Shown here in pieces: positions 28,007 to 41,200 of a stretch of DNA of 64,000 nt. The position numbers were made by a program, and so were the translations under genes. Source of the stretch: Gordius albopunctatus (taxonomy: Eukaryota); the NCBI GenBank assembly GCA_964276515.1, contig OZ193910.1, forward strand, positions 8,184,001 through 8,248,000, read 5' to 3'. Numbering within the stretch: the stretch's first letter is position 1; every line of letters starts with the position of its first letter. The notes below the pieces were generated by a model that saw only the letters and a list, made by a program, of their open reading frames with translations, searched no databases and was not told the origin of the DNA.

Positions 28007-31000
28007 ATTAGCTTACTTTTATATATTTTATCAAGCTCTTTTACATAAAATAACAAAAATTATATTTTTTTAGCTCCGAATAATTCACAATTTTTTCCTT
28101 TCAAATCATATTCATCCGATGAAAGTTGTTATTTTCAGACGTGATTTCCATGATAAAAAGTTAAAATTTATCAGAATTAGAGAACTATTACTTTGAAATC
28201 ATCATCGCATAGAGCATGTTTCAAAAATTAAGCACTCACTTTGCGATACAAGAAACGAATCGCAACAATATAACGTTCTCCTTTTCTCAAAATGATTGTT
28301 CTCGCAGCTTAAAAATTCTTATAAGGAGTCGATCGAGAATAATAGGATTCTCAAATGAGCTTACTTTTATATATTTTTTCAAGCTCTTTTACATAAAATA
28401 ACAAAAAATATATTTTTTCAGGTTAAAATAATTCACAATTTTTTCCATTCAACCATATTCATCCAATGAAAGTTTTATTTTCCGACCTGATTTCCATGAT
28501 AAAAAGTTAAAATTTATCAGAATTAGAGAACTATTACTTTGAAATCATCATCGCATAGAGCATGTTTGAAAAATTAAGCAGTCACGTTGCGAACAACAAA
28601 CTAATCGCAACAATATAACGTTGTCTTTTCTCAAAATGATAGTTCTCGCCGCTTGAAACTTCTTATATGGAGTCGATCGAGAATAATAGGATTCTCAAAT
28701 TAGCTTACTTTTATATATTTTATCAAGCTCTTTTACATAAAATAACAAAAATTATATTTTTTTAGCTCCGAATAATTCACAATTTTTTCCTTTCAAATCA
28801 TATTCATCCGATGAAAGTTGTTATTTTCAGACGTGATTTCCATGATAAAAAGTTAAAATTTATCAGAATTAGAGAACTATTACTTTGAAATCATCATCGC
28901 ATAGAGCATGTTTCAAAAATTAAGCACTCACTTTGCGATACAACAAACTAATCGCAACAATATAACGTTGTCTTTTCTCAAAATGATTGTTCTCGCAGCT
29001 TAAAAATTATTATAAGGAGTCGATCGAGAATAATAGGATTCTCAAATGAGCTTACTTTTATATATTTTTTCAAAATCTTTTACATAAAATAACAAAAAAT
29101 ATATTTTTTCAGGTTAAAATACTTCACAATTTTTTCCATTCAACCATATTCATCCAATGAAAGTTTTATTTTCCGACCTGATTTCCATGATAAAAAGTTA
29201 AAATTTATCAGAATTAGAGAACTATTACTTTGAAATCATCATCGCATTGAGCATGTTTCAAAAATTAAGCAGTCACGTTGCGATACAACAAACAAATCGC
29301 AACAATATAACGTTGTCTTTTCTCAAAATGAAAGTTCTCGCCGCTTGAAACTTCTTATATGGAGTCGATCGAGAATAATAGGATTCTCAAATTAGCTTAC
29401 TTTTATATATTTTATCAAGCTCTTTTACATAAAATAATAAAAATTATATTTTTTTAGCTCCGAATAATTCACAATTTTTTCCTTTCAAGCATATTCATCC
29501 GATGAAAGTTTTTATTTTCAGACGTGATTTCCATGATAAAAAGTTAAATTTTATCAGAATTAGAGAACTATTACTTTGAAATCATCCTCGCATAGAGCAT
29601 GTTTCAAAGATTAAGCCATCACGTTGCGATACAACAAACTAATCGCAACAATATAACGTTGTCTTTTCTCAAAATTATAGTTCTCGCCGCTTGAAACTTC
29701 TTATATGGAGTCGATCGAGAATAATAGGATTCTCAAATGAGCTTACTTTTATATATTTTTTCAAGCTCTTTTACATAAAATAACAAAAATTATATTTTTT
29801 TAGCTCCGAATAATTCACAATTTTTTCCTTTCAAATCATATTCATCCGATGAAAGTTGTTATTTTCAGACGTGATTTCCATGATAAAAAGTTAAAATTTA
29901 TCAGAATTAGAGAACTATTACTTTTAAATCATCATCGCATAGAGCATTTTTCAAAAATTAAGCACTCACGTTGCGATACAACAAACTAATCGCAACAATA
30001 TAACGTTCTCCTTTTCTCAAAATGATTGTTCTCGCAGCTTGAAACTTCTTATATGGAGTCGATCGAGAATAATAGGATTCTCAAATGAGCTTACTTTTTT
30101 ATATTTTTTCAAGCTCTTTTACATAAAATAACAAAAAATATATTTTTTCAGGTTAAAATAATTCACAATTTTTTCCTTTCAACCATATTCATCCGATGAA
30201 AGTTTTTATTTTCAGACGTGATTTCCATGATAAAAAGTCAAAATTTATCAGAATTAGAAAACTATTACTTTTAAATCATCATCGCATAGAGCATTTTTCA
30301 AAAATTAAGCACTCACGTTGCGATACAACAAACTAATCGCAACAATATAACGTTGTCTTTTCTCAAAATGATAGTTCTCGCAGCTTGAAACTTCTAATAT
30401 GGAGTCGATCGAGAAAAATAGGATTCTCAAATGAGCTTACTTTTTTATATTTTTTCAAGCTCTTTTACATAAAATAACAAAAAATATATTTTTTCAGGTC
30501 AAAATAATTCACAATTTTTTCCTTTCAACCATATTCAACCGATGAAAGTTTTTATTTTCAGACGTGATTTCCATGATAAAAAGTCAAAATTTATCAGAAT
30601 TAGAGAACTATTACTTTTAAATCATCATCGCATAGAGCATTTTTCAAAGATTAAGCACTCACGTTGCGATACAACAAACTAATCGCAACAATATAACGTT
30701 GTCTTTTCTCAAAATTATAGTTTTCGCCGCTTGAAACTTCTTATATGGAGTCGATCGAGAATAATAGGATTCTCAAATGAGCTTACTTTTATATATTTTT
30801 TCAAGCTCTTTTACATAAAATAACAAAAATTATATTTTTTTAGCTCCGAATAATTCACAATTTTTTCCTTTCAAATCATATTCATCCGATGAAAGTTGTT
30901 ATTTTCAGACGTGATTTCCATAATAAAAAGTCAAAATTTATCAGAATTAGAGAACTATTACTTTTAAATCATCATCGCATAGAGCATTTTTCAAAGATTA

Positions 31001-32282
31001 AGCACTCACGTTGTGATACAACAAACTAATCGCAACAATATAACGTTGTCTTTTCTCAAAATTATAGTTCTCGCCGCTTGAAACTTCTTATATGGAGTCG
31101 ATCGAGAATAATAGGATTCTCAAATGAGCTTACTTTTATATATTTTTTCAAGCTCTTTTACATAAAATAACAAAAATTATATTTTTTTAGCTCCGAATAA
31201 TTCACAATTTTTTCCTTTCAAACATATTCATCCGATGAAAGTTGTTATTTTCAGACGTGATTTCCATGATAAAAAGTTAAAATTTATCAGAATTAGAGAA
31301 CTATTACTGTGAAATCATCATCGCATAGAGAATGTTTCAAAAATATAAACATTCACGTTGCGATACAACAAACTAATCGCAACAAAATAACGTTGTCTTT
31401 TCTCAAAATGATAGTTCTCGCCGCTTGAAACTTCTTATATTGAGTCGATCGAGAATAATAGGATTCTCAAATGAGCTTACTTTTATATATTTTTTCAAGC
31501 TATTTTACATAAAATAACAAAAAATATATTTTTCCAGGTTAAAATAATTCACAATTTTTTCCTTTCAACCATATTCAACCGATTAAAGTTTTTATTTTCA
31601 GACGTGATTTCCATGATAAAAAGTCAAAATTTATCAGAATTAGAGAAATATTACTTTTAAATCATCATCGCATAGAGCATTTTTCAAAGATTAAGCACTC
31701 ACGTTGCGATACAACAAACTAATGGCAACAATATAACGTTGTCTTTTCTCAAAATGATAGTTCTCGCAGCTTGAAACTTCTTATATGGAGTCGATCGAGA
31801 AAAATAGGATTCTCAAATGAGCTTACTTTTTTATATTTTTTCAAGCTCTTTTACATAAAATAACAAAAAATATATTTTTTCAGGTCAAAATAATTCACAA
31901 TTTTTTCCTTTCAACCATATTCAACCGATGAAAGTTTTTATTTTCAGACGTGATTTCCATGATAAAAAGTCAAAATTTATCAGAATTAGAAAACTATTAC
32001 TTTTAAATCATCATCGCATAGAGCATTTTTCAAAAATTAAGCACTCACGTTGCGATACAAAAAACTAATCGCAACAATATAACGTTGTCTTTTCTCAAAA
32101 TGATAGTTCTCGCAGCTTGAAACTTCTTATATGGAGTCGATCGAGAAAAATAGGATTCTCAAATGAGCTTACTTTTTTATATTTTTTCAAGCTCTTTTAC
32201 ATAAAATAACAAAAAATATATTTTTTCAGGTCAAAATAATTCAAAATTTTTTCCTTTCAACCATATTCAACCGATGAAAGTT
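26971..32282. repeat. Near-identical ~5.3-kb copy of 1-5308 (15+ monomers); most of the same block also at 10369-~15260 and ~19711-~24260
   Basis: Offset is 26970 (28216-1246), changing to 26974 after a private 4-bp deletion at ~2773. The copies diverge at 5309 (gttgtta) versus 32283 (gttttta). Confidence 0.88.
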
Positions 32283-35200
32283 TTTATTTTCAGACGTGAT
32301 TTCCATGATAAAAAGTCAAAATTTATCAGAATTAGAGAACTATTACTTTTAAATCATCATCGCATAGAGCATTTTTCAAAGATTAAGCACTCACGTTGCG
32401 ATACAACAAACTAATCGCAACAATATAACGTTGTCTTTTCTCAAAATGATAGTTCTCGCAGCTTGAAACTCCTAATATGGAGTCGATCGAGAAAAATAGG
32501 ATTCTCAAATGAGCTTACTTTTTTATATTTTTTCAAGCTCTTTTACATAAAATAACAAAAATTATATTTTTTTAGCTCCGATTAATTCACAATTTTTTCC
32601 TTTCAAATCATATTCATCCGATGAAAGTTTTTATTTTCAGACGTGATTTCCATGATAAAAAGTCAAAATTTATCAGAATTAGAGAAATATTACTTTTAAA
32701 TCATCATCGCATAGAGCATTTTTCAAAGATTAAGCACTCACGTTGCGATACAACAAACTAATCGCAACAATATAACGTTGTCTTTTCTCAAAATGATAGT
32801 TCTCGCAGCTTGAAACTTCTAATATGGAGTCGATCGAGAAAAATAGGATTCTCAAATGAGCTTACTTTTTTATATTTTTTCAAGCTCTTTTACATAAAAC
32901 AACAAAAAATATATTTTTTCAGGTCAAAATAATTCACAATTTTTTCCTTTCAACCATATTCAACCGATGAAAGTTTTTATTTTCAGACGTGATTTCCATG
33001 ATAAAAAGTCAAAATTTATCAGAATTAGGGAACTATTACTTTTAAATCATCATCGCATAGAGCATTTTTCAAAGATTAAGCACTCACGTTGCGATACAAC
33101 AAACTAATCGCAACAATATAACGTTGTCTTTTCTCAAAATTATAGTTTTCGCCGCTTGAAACTTCTTATATGGAGTCGATTGAGAATAATAGGATTCTCA
33201 AATGAGCTTACTTTTATATATTTTTTCAAGCTCTTTTACATAAAATAACAAAAATTATATTTTTTTAGCTCCGAATAATTCACAATTTTTTCCTTTCAAA
33301 TCATATTCATCCGATGAAAGTTGTTATTTTCAGACGTGATTTCCATAATAAAAAGTCAAAATTTATCAGAATTAGAGAACTATTACTTTTAAATCATCAT
33401 CGCATAGAGCATTTTTCAAAAATTAAGCACTCACGTTGCGATACAAAAAACTAATCGCAACAATATAACGTTGTCTTTTCTCAAAATGATAGTTCTCGCA
33501 GCTTGAAACTTCTTATATGGAGTCGATCGAGAAAAATAGGATTCTCAAATGAGCTTACTTTTTTATATTTTTTCAAGCTCTTTTACATAAAATAACAAAA
33601 AATATATTTTTTCAGGTCAAAATAATTCAAAATTTTTTCCTTTCAACCATATTCAACCGATGAAAGTTTTTATTTTCAGACGTGATTTCCATGATAAAAA
33701 GTCAAAATTTATCAGAATTAGAGAACTATTACTTTGAAATAATCATCGCATAGAGAATGTTTTAAAAATTAAGCAATCACGTTGCGATACAACAAACTAA
33801 TCGCAACAATATAACGTTGTCTTTTCTCAAAATGATAGTTCTCGTAGCTTGAAACTTCTTATATGGAGTCGATCGAGAATAATAGGATTCTCAAATGAGC
33901 TTACTTTTTTATATTTTTTCAAGCTCTTTTACATAAAATAACAAAAAATATATTTTTTCAGGTCAAAATAATTCACAATTTTTTCCTTTCAACCATATTC
34001 AACCGATGAAAGTTTTTATTTTCAGACGTGATTTCCATGATAAAAAGTCAAAATTTATCAGAATTAGAAAACTATTACTTTTAAATCATCATCGCATAGA
34101 GCATTTTTCAAAAATTAAGCACTCACGTTGCGATACAACAAACTAATCGCAACAATATAACGTTCTCCTTTTCTCAAAATGATTGTTCTCGCAGCTTAAA
34201 AATTCTTATAAGGAGTCGATCGAGAAAAATAGGATTCTCAAATGAGCTTACTTTTTTATATTTTTTCAAGCTCTTTTACATAAAATAACAAAAAATATAT
34301 TTTTTCAGGTCAAAATAATTCACAATTTTTTCCTTTCAACCATATTCAACCGATGAAAGTTTTTATTTTCAGACGTGATTTCCATGATAAAAAGTCAAAA
34401 TTTATCAGAATTAGAGAACTATTACTGTGAAATCATCATCGCATAGAGCATTTTTCAAAGATTAAGCACTCACGTTGCGATACAACAAACTAATCGCAAC
34501 AATATAACGTTGTCTTTTCTCAAAATGATAGTTCTCGCAGCTTGAAACTTCTAATATGGAGTCGATCGAGAAAAATAGGATTCTCAAATGAGCTTACTTT
34601 TTTATATTTTTTCAAGCTCTTTTACATAAAATAACAAAAAATATATTTTTTCAGGTCAAAATAATTCACAATTTTTTCCTTTCAACCATATTCAACCGAT
34701 GAAAGTTTTTATTTTCAGACGAGATTTCCATGATAAAAAGTCAAAATTTATCAGAATTAGAAAACTATTACTTTTAAATCATCATCGCATAGAGCATTTT
34801 TCAAAGATTAAGCACTCACGTTGCGATACAACAAACTAATCGCAACAATATAACGTTGTCTTTTCTCAAAATGATAGTTCTCGCAGCTTGAAACTTCTTA
34901 TATGGAGTCGATCGAGAAAAATAGGATTCTCAAATGAGCTTACTTTTTTATATTTTTTCAAGCTCTTTTACATAAAATAACAAAAAATATATTTTTTCAG
35001 GTCAAAATAATTCACAATTTTTTCCTTTCAACCATATTCAACCGATGAAAGTTTTTATTTTCAGACGTGATTTCCATGATAAAAAGTCAAAATTTATCAG
35101 AATTAGAAAACTATTACTTTTAAATCATCATCGCATAGAGCATTTTTCAAAAATTAAGCACTCACGTTGCGATACAACAAACTAATCGCAACAATATAAC

Positions 35201-38200
35201 GTTCTCCTTTTCTCAAAATGATTGTTCTCGCAGCTTAAAAATTCTTATAAGGAGTCGATCGAGAATAATAGGATTCTCAAATGAGCTTACTTTTTTATAT
35301 TTTTTCAAGCTCTTTTACATAAAATAACAAAAAATATATTTTTTCAGGTCAAAATAATTCACAATTTTTTCCTTTCAACCATATTCAACCGATGAAAGTT
35401 TTTATTTTCAGACGTGATTTCCATGATAAAAAGTCAAAATTTATCAGAATTAGAAAACTATTACTTTTAAATCATCATCGCATAGAGCATTTTTCAAAAA
35501 TTAAGCACTCACGTTGCGATACAACAAACTAATCGCAACAATATAACGTTCTCCTTTTCTCAAAATGATTGTTCTCGCAGCTTAAAAATTCTTATAAGGA
35601 GTCGATCGAGAAAAATAGGATTCTCAAATGAGCTTACTTTTTTATATTTTTTCAAGCTCTTTTACATAAAATAACAAAAAATATATTTTTTCAGGTCAAA
35701 ATAATTCACAATTTTTTCCTTTCAACCATATTCAACCGATGAAAGTTTTTATTTTCAGACGTGATTTCCATGATAAAAAGTCAAAATTTATCAGAATTAG
35801 AGAACTATTACTGTGAAATCATCATCGCATAGAGCATTTTTCAAAGATTAAGCACTCACGTTGCGATACAACAAACTAATCGCAACAATATAACGTTGTC
35901 TTTTCTCAAAATGATAGTTCTCGCAGCTTGAAACTCCTAATATGGAGTCGATCGAGAAAAATAGGATTCTCAAATGAGCTTACTTTTTTATATTTTTTCA
36001 AGCTCTTTTACATAAAATAACAAAAATTATATTTTTTTAGCTCCGATTAATTCACAATTTTTTCCTTTCAAATCATATTCATCCGATGAAAGTTTTTATT
36101 TTCAGACGTGATTTCCATGATAAAAAGTCAAAATTTATCAGAATTAGAGAAATATTACTTTTAAATCATCATCGCATAGAGCATTTTTCAAAGATTAAGC
36201 ACTCACGTTGCGATACAACAAACTAATCGCAACAATATAACGTTGTCTTTTCTCAAAATGATAGTTCTCGCAGCTTGAAACTTCTAATATGGAGTCGATC
36301 GAGAAAAATAGGATTCTCAAATGAGCTTACTTTTTTATATTTTTTCAAGCTCTTTTACATAAAATAACAAAAAATATATTTTTTCAGGTCAAAATAATTC
36401 ACAATTTTTTCCTTTCAACCATATTCAACCGATGAAAGTTTTTATTTTCAGACGTGATTTCCATGATAAAAAGTCAAAATTTATCAGAATTAGCGAACTA
36501 TTACTTTTAAATCATCATCGCATAGAGCATTTTTCAAAGATTAAGCACTCACGTTGCGATACAACAAACTAATCGCAACAATATAACGTTGTCTTTTCTC
36601 AAAATGATAGTTCTCGCAGCTTGAAACTCCTAATATGGAGTCGATCGAGAAAAATAGGATTCTCAAATGAGCTTACTTTTTTATATTTTTTCAAGCTCTT
36701 TTACATAAAATAACAAAAAATATATTTTTTCAGGTCAAAATAATTCAAAATTTTTTCCTTTCAACCATATTCAACCGATGAAAGTTTTTATTTTCAGACG
36801 TGATTTCCATGATAAAAAGTCAAAATTTATCAGAATTAGAGAACTATTACTTTTAAATCATCATCGCATAGAGCATTTTTCAAAGATTAAGCACTCACGT
36901 TGCGATACAACAAACTAATCGCAACAATATAACGTTGTCTTTTCTCAAAATGATAGTTCTCGCAGCTTGAAACTCCTAATATGGAGTCGATCGAGAAAAA
37001 TAGGATTCTCAAATGAGCTTACTTTTTTATATTTTTTCAAGCTCTTTTACATAAAATAACAAAAATTATATTTTTTTAGCTCCGATTAATTCACAATTTT
37101 TTCCTTTCAAATCATATTCATCCGATGAAAGTTTTTATTTTCAGACGTGATTTCCATGATAAAAAGTCAAAATTTATCAGAATTAGAGAAATATTACTTT
37201 TAAATCATCATCGCATAGAGCATTTTTCAAAGATTAAGCACTCACGTTGCGATACAACAAACTAATCGCAACAATATAACGTTGTCTTTTCTCAAAATGA
37301 TAGTTCTCGCAGCTTGAAACTTCTAATATGGAGTCGATCGAGAAAAATAGGATTCTCAAATGAGCTTACTTTTTTATATTTTTTCAAGCTCTTTTACATA
37401 AAATAACAAAAAATATATTTTTTCAGGTCAAAATAATTCACAATTTTTTCCTTTCAACCATATTCAACCGATGAAAGTTTTTATTTTCAGACGTGATTTC
37501 CATGATAAAAAGTCAAAATTTATCAGAATTAGGGAACTATTACTTTTAAATCATCATCGCATAGAGCATTTTTCAAAGATTAAGCACTCACGTTGCGATA
37601 CAACAAACTAATCGCAACAATATAACGTTGTCTTTTCTCAAAATTATAGTTTTCGCCGCTTGAAACTTCTTATATGGAGTCGATCGAGAATAATAGGATT
37701 CTCAAATGAGCTTACTTTTATATATTTTTTCAAGCTCTTTTACATAAAATAACAAAAATTATATTTTTTTAGCTCCGAATAATTCACAATTTTTTCCTTT
37801 CAAATCATATTCATCCGATGAAAGTTGTTATTTTCAGACGTGATTTCCATAATAAAAAGTCAAAATTTATCAGAATTAGAGAACTATTACTTTTAAATCA
37901 TCATCGCATAGAGCATTTTTCAAAAATTAAGCACTCACGTTGCGATACAAAAAACTAATCGCAACAATATAACGTTGTCTTTTCTCAAAATGATAGTTCT
38001 CGCAGCTTGAAACTTCTTATATGGAGTCGATCGAGAAAAATAGGATTCTCAAATGAGCTTACTTTTTTATATTTTTTCAAGCTCTTTTACATAAAATAAC
38101 AAAAAATATATTTTTTCAGGTCAAAATAATTCAAAATTTTTTCCTTTCAACCATATTCAACCGATGAAAGTTTTTATTTTCAGACGTGATTTCCATGATA

Positions 38201-41200
38201 AAAAGTCAAAATTTATCAGAATTAGAGAACTATTACTTTGAAATAATCATCGCATAGAGAATGTTTTAAAAATTAAGCAATCACGTTGCGATACAACAAA
38301 CTAATCGCAACAATATAACGTTGTCTTTTCTCAAAATGATAGTTCTCGTAGCTTGAAACTTCTTATATGGAGTCGATCGAGAATAATAGGATTCTCAAAT
38401 GAGCTTACTTTTTTATATTTTTTCAAGCTCTTTTACATAAAATAACAAAAAATATATTTTTTCAGGTCAAAATAATTCACAATTTTTTCCTTTCAACCAT
38501 ATTCAACCGATGAAAGTTTTTATTTTCAGACGTGATTTCCATGATAAAAAGTCAAAATTTATCAGAATTAGAAAACTATTACTTTTAAATCATCATCGCA
38601 TAGAGCATTTTTCAAAAATTAAGCACTCACGTTGCGATACAACAAACTAATCGCAACAATATAACGTTCTCCTTTTCTCAAAATGATTGTTCTCGCAGCT
38701 TAAAAATTCTTATAAGGAGTCGATCGAGAAAAATTGGATTCTCAAATGAGCTTACTTTTTTATATTTTTTCAAGCTCTTTTACATAAAATAACAAAAAAT
38801 ATATTTTTTCAGGTCAAAATAATTCACAATTTTTTCCTTTCAACCATATTCAACCGATGAAAGTTTTTATTTTCAGACGTGATTTCCATGATAAAAAGTC
38901 AAAATTTATCAGAATTAGAGAACTATTACTGTGAAATCATCATCGCATAGAGCATTTTTCAAAGATTAAGCACTCACGTTGCGATACAACAAACTAATCG
39001 CAACAATATAACGTTGTCTTTTCTCAAAATGATAGTTCTCGCAGCTTGAAACTTCTAATATGGAGTCGATCGAGAAAAATAGGATTCTCAAATGAGCTTA
39101 CTTTTTTATATTTTTTCAAGCTCTTTTACATAAAATAACAAAAAATATATTTTTTCAGGTCAAAATAATTCACAATTTTTTCCTTTCAACCATATTCAAC
39201 CGATGAAAGTTTTTATTTTCAGACGAGATTTCCATGATAAAAAGTCAAAATTTATCAGAATTAGAAAACTATTACTTTTAAATCATCATCGCATAGAGCA
39301 TTTTTCAAAGATTAAGCACTCACGTTGCGATACAACAAACTAATCGCAACAATATAACGTTGTCTTTTCTCAAAATGATAGTTCTCGCAGCTTGAAACTT
39401 CTTATATGGAGTCGATCGAGAAAAATAGGATTCTCAAATGAGCTTACTTTTTTATATTTTTTCAAGCTCTTTTACATAAAATAACAAAAAATATATTTTT
39501 TCAGGTCAAAATAATTCACAATTTTTTCCTTTCAACCATATTCAACCGATGAAAGTTTTTATTTTCAGACGTGATTTCCATGATAAAAAGTCAAAATTTA
39601 TCAGAATTAGAAAACTATTACTTTTAAATCATCATCGCATAGAGCATTTTTCAAAAATTAAGCACTCACGTTGCGATACAACAAACTAATCGCAACAATA
39701 TAACGTTCTCCTTTTCTCAAAATGATTGTTCTCGCAGCTTAAAAATTCTTATAAGGAGTCGATCGAGAATAATAGGATTCTCAAATGAGCTTACTTTTTT
39801 ATATTTTTTCAAGCTCTTTTACATAAAATAACAAAAAATATATTTTTTCAGGTCAAAATAATTCACAATTTTTTCCTTTCAACCATATTCAACCGATGAA
39901 AGTTTTTATTTTCAGACGTGATTTCCATGATAAAAAGTCAAAATTTATCAGAATTAGAAAACTATTACTTTTAAATCATCATCGCATAGAGCATTTTTCA
40001 AAAATTAAGCACTCACGTTGCGATACAACAAACTAATCGCAACAATATAACGTTCTCCTTTTCTCAAAATGATTGTTCTCGCAGCTTAAAAATTCTTATA
40101 AGGAGTCGATCGAGAAAAATAGGATTCTCAAATGAGCTTACTTTTTTATATTTTTTCAAGCTCTTTTACATAAAATAACAAAAAATATATTTTTTCAGGT
40201 CAAAATAATTCACAATTTTTTCCTTTCAACCATATTCAACCGATGAAAGTTTTTATTTTCAGACGTGATTTCCATGATAAAAAGTCAAAATTTATCAGAA
40301 TTAGAGAACTATTACTGTGAAATCATCATCGCATAGAGCATTTTTCAAAGATTAAGCACTCACGTTGCGATACAACAAACTAATCGCAACAATATAACGT
40401 TGTCTTTTCTCAAAATGATAGTTCTCGCAGCTTGAAACTTCTAATATGGAGTCGATCGAGAAAAATAGGATTCTCAAATGACCTTACTTTTTTATATTTT
40501 TTCAAGCTCTTTTACATAAAATAACAAAAAATATATTTTTTCAGGTCAAAATAATTCACAATTTTTTCCTTTCAACCATATTCAACCGATGAAAGTTTTT
40601 ATTTTCAGACGAGATTTCCATGATAAAAAGTCAAAATTTATCAGAATTAGAAAACTATTACTTTTAAATCATCATCGCATAGAGCATTTTTCAAAAATTA
40701 AGCACTCACGTTGCGATACAACAAACTAATCGCAACAATATAACGTTCTCCTTTTCTCAAAATGATTGTTCTCGCAGCTTAAAAATTCTTATAAGGAGTC
40801 GATCGAGAATAATAGGATTCTCAAATGAGCTTACTTTTATATATTTTTTCAAGCTCTTTTACATAAAATAACAAAAAATATATTTTTTCAGTTCAAAATA
40901 ATTCACAATTTTTTCCTTTCAACCATATTCAACCGATGAAAGTTTTTATTTTCAGACGTGATTTCCATGATAAAAAGTCAAAATTTATCAGAATTAGAAA
41001 ACTATTACTTTTAAATCATCATCGCATAGAGCATTTTTCAAAAATTAAGCACTCACGTTGCGATACAACAAACTAATCGCAACAATATAACGTTGTCTTT
41101 TCTCAAAATGATAGTTCTCGCAGCTTGAAACTTCTAATATGGAGTCGATCGAGAAAAATAGGATTCTCAAATGACCTTACTTTTTTATATTTTTTCAAGC

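Larger units (their letters stand above)
1..32282. repeat. Satellite domain A: variable-length higher-order repeat of about 20 distinguishable monomer types
   Basis: The monomer variant 'agaaacgaat' (source of the ORFs) recurs with ORF starts at 1246, 7816, 11614, 17496, 20611 and 28216. Spacings are 6570, 3798, 5882, 3115 and 7605 bp, i.e. 19, 11, 17, 9 and 22 monomers. Other markers (cgcattga, catcctcg/gccatc, gttgtgat, ataaacattc, ccgattaaag) keep the same order in each copy. Confidence 0.9.
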
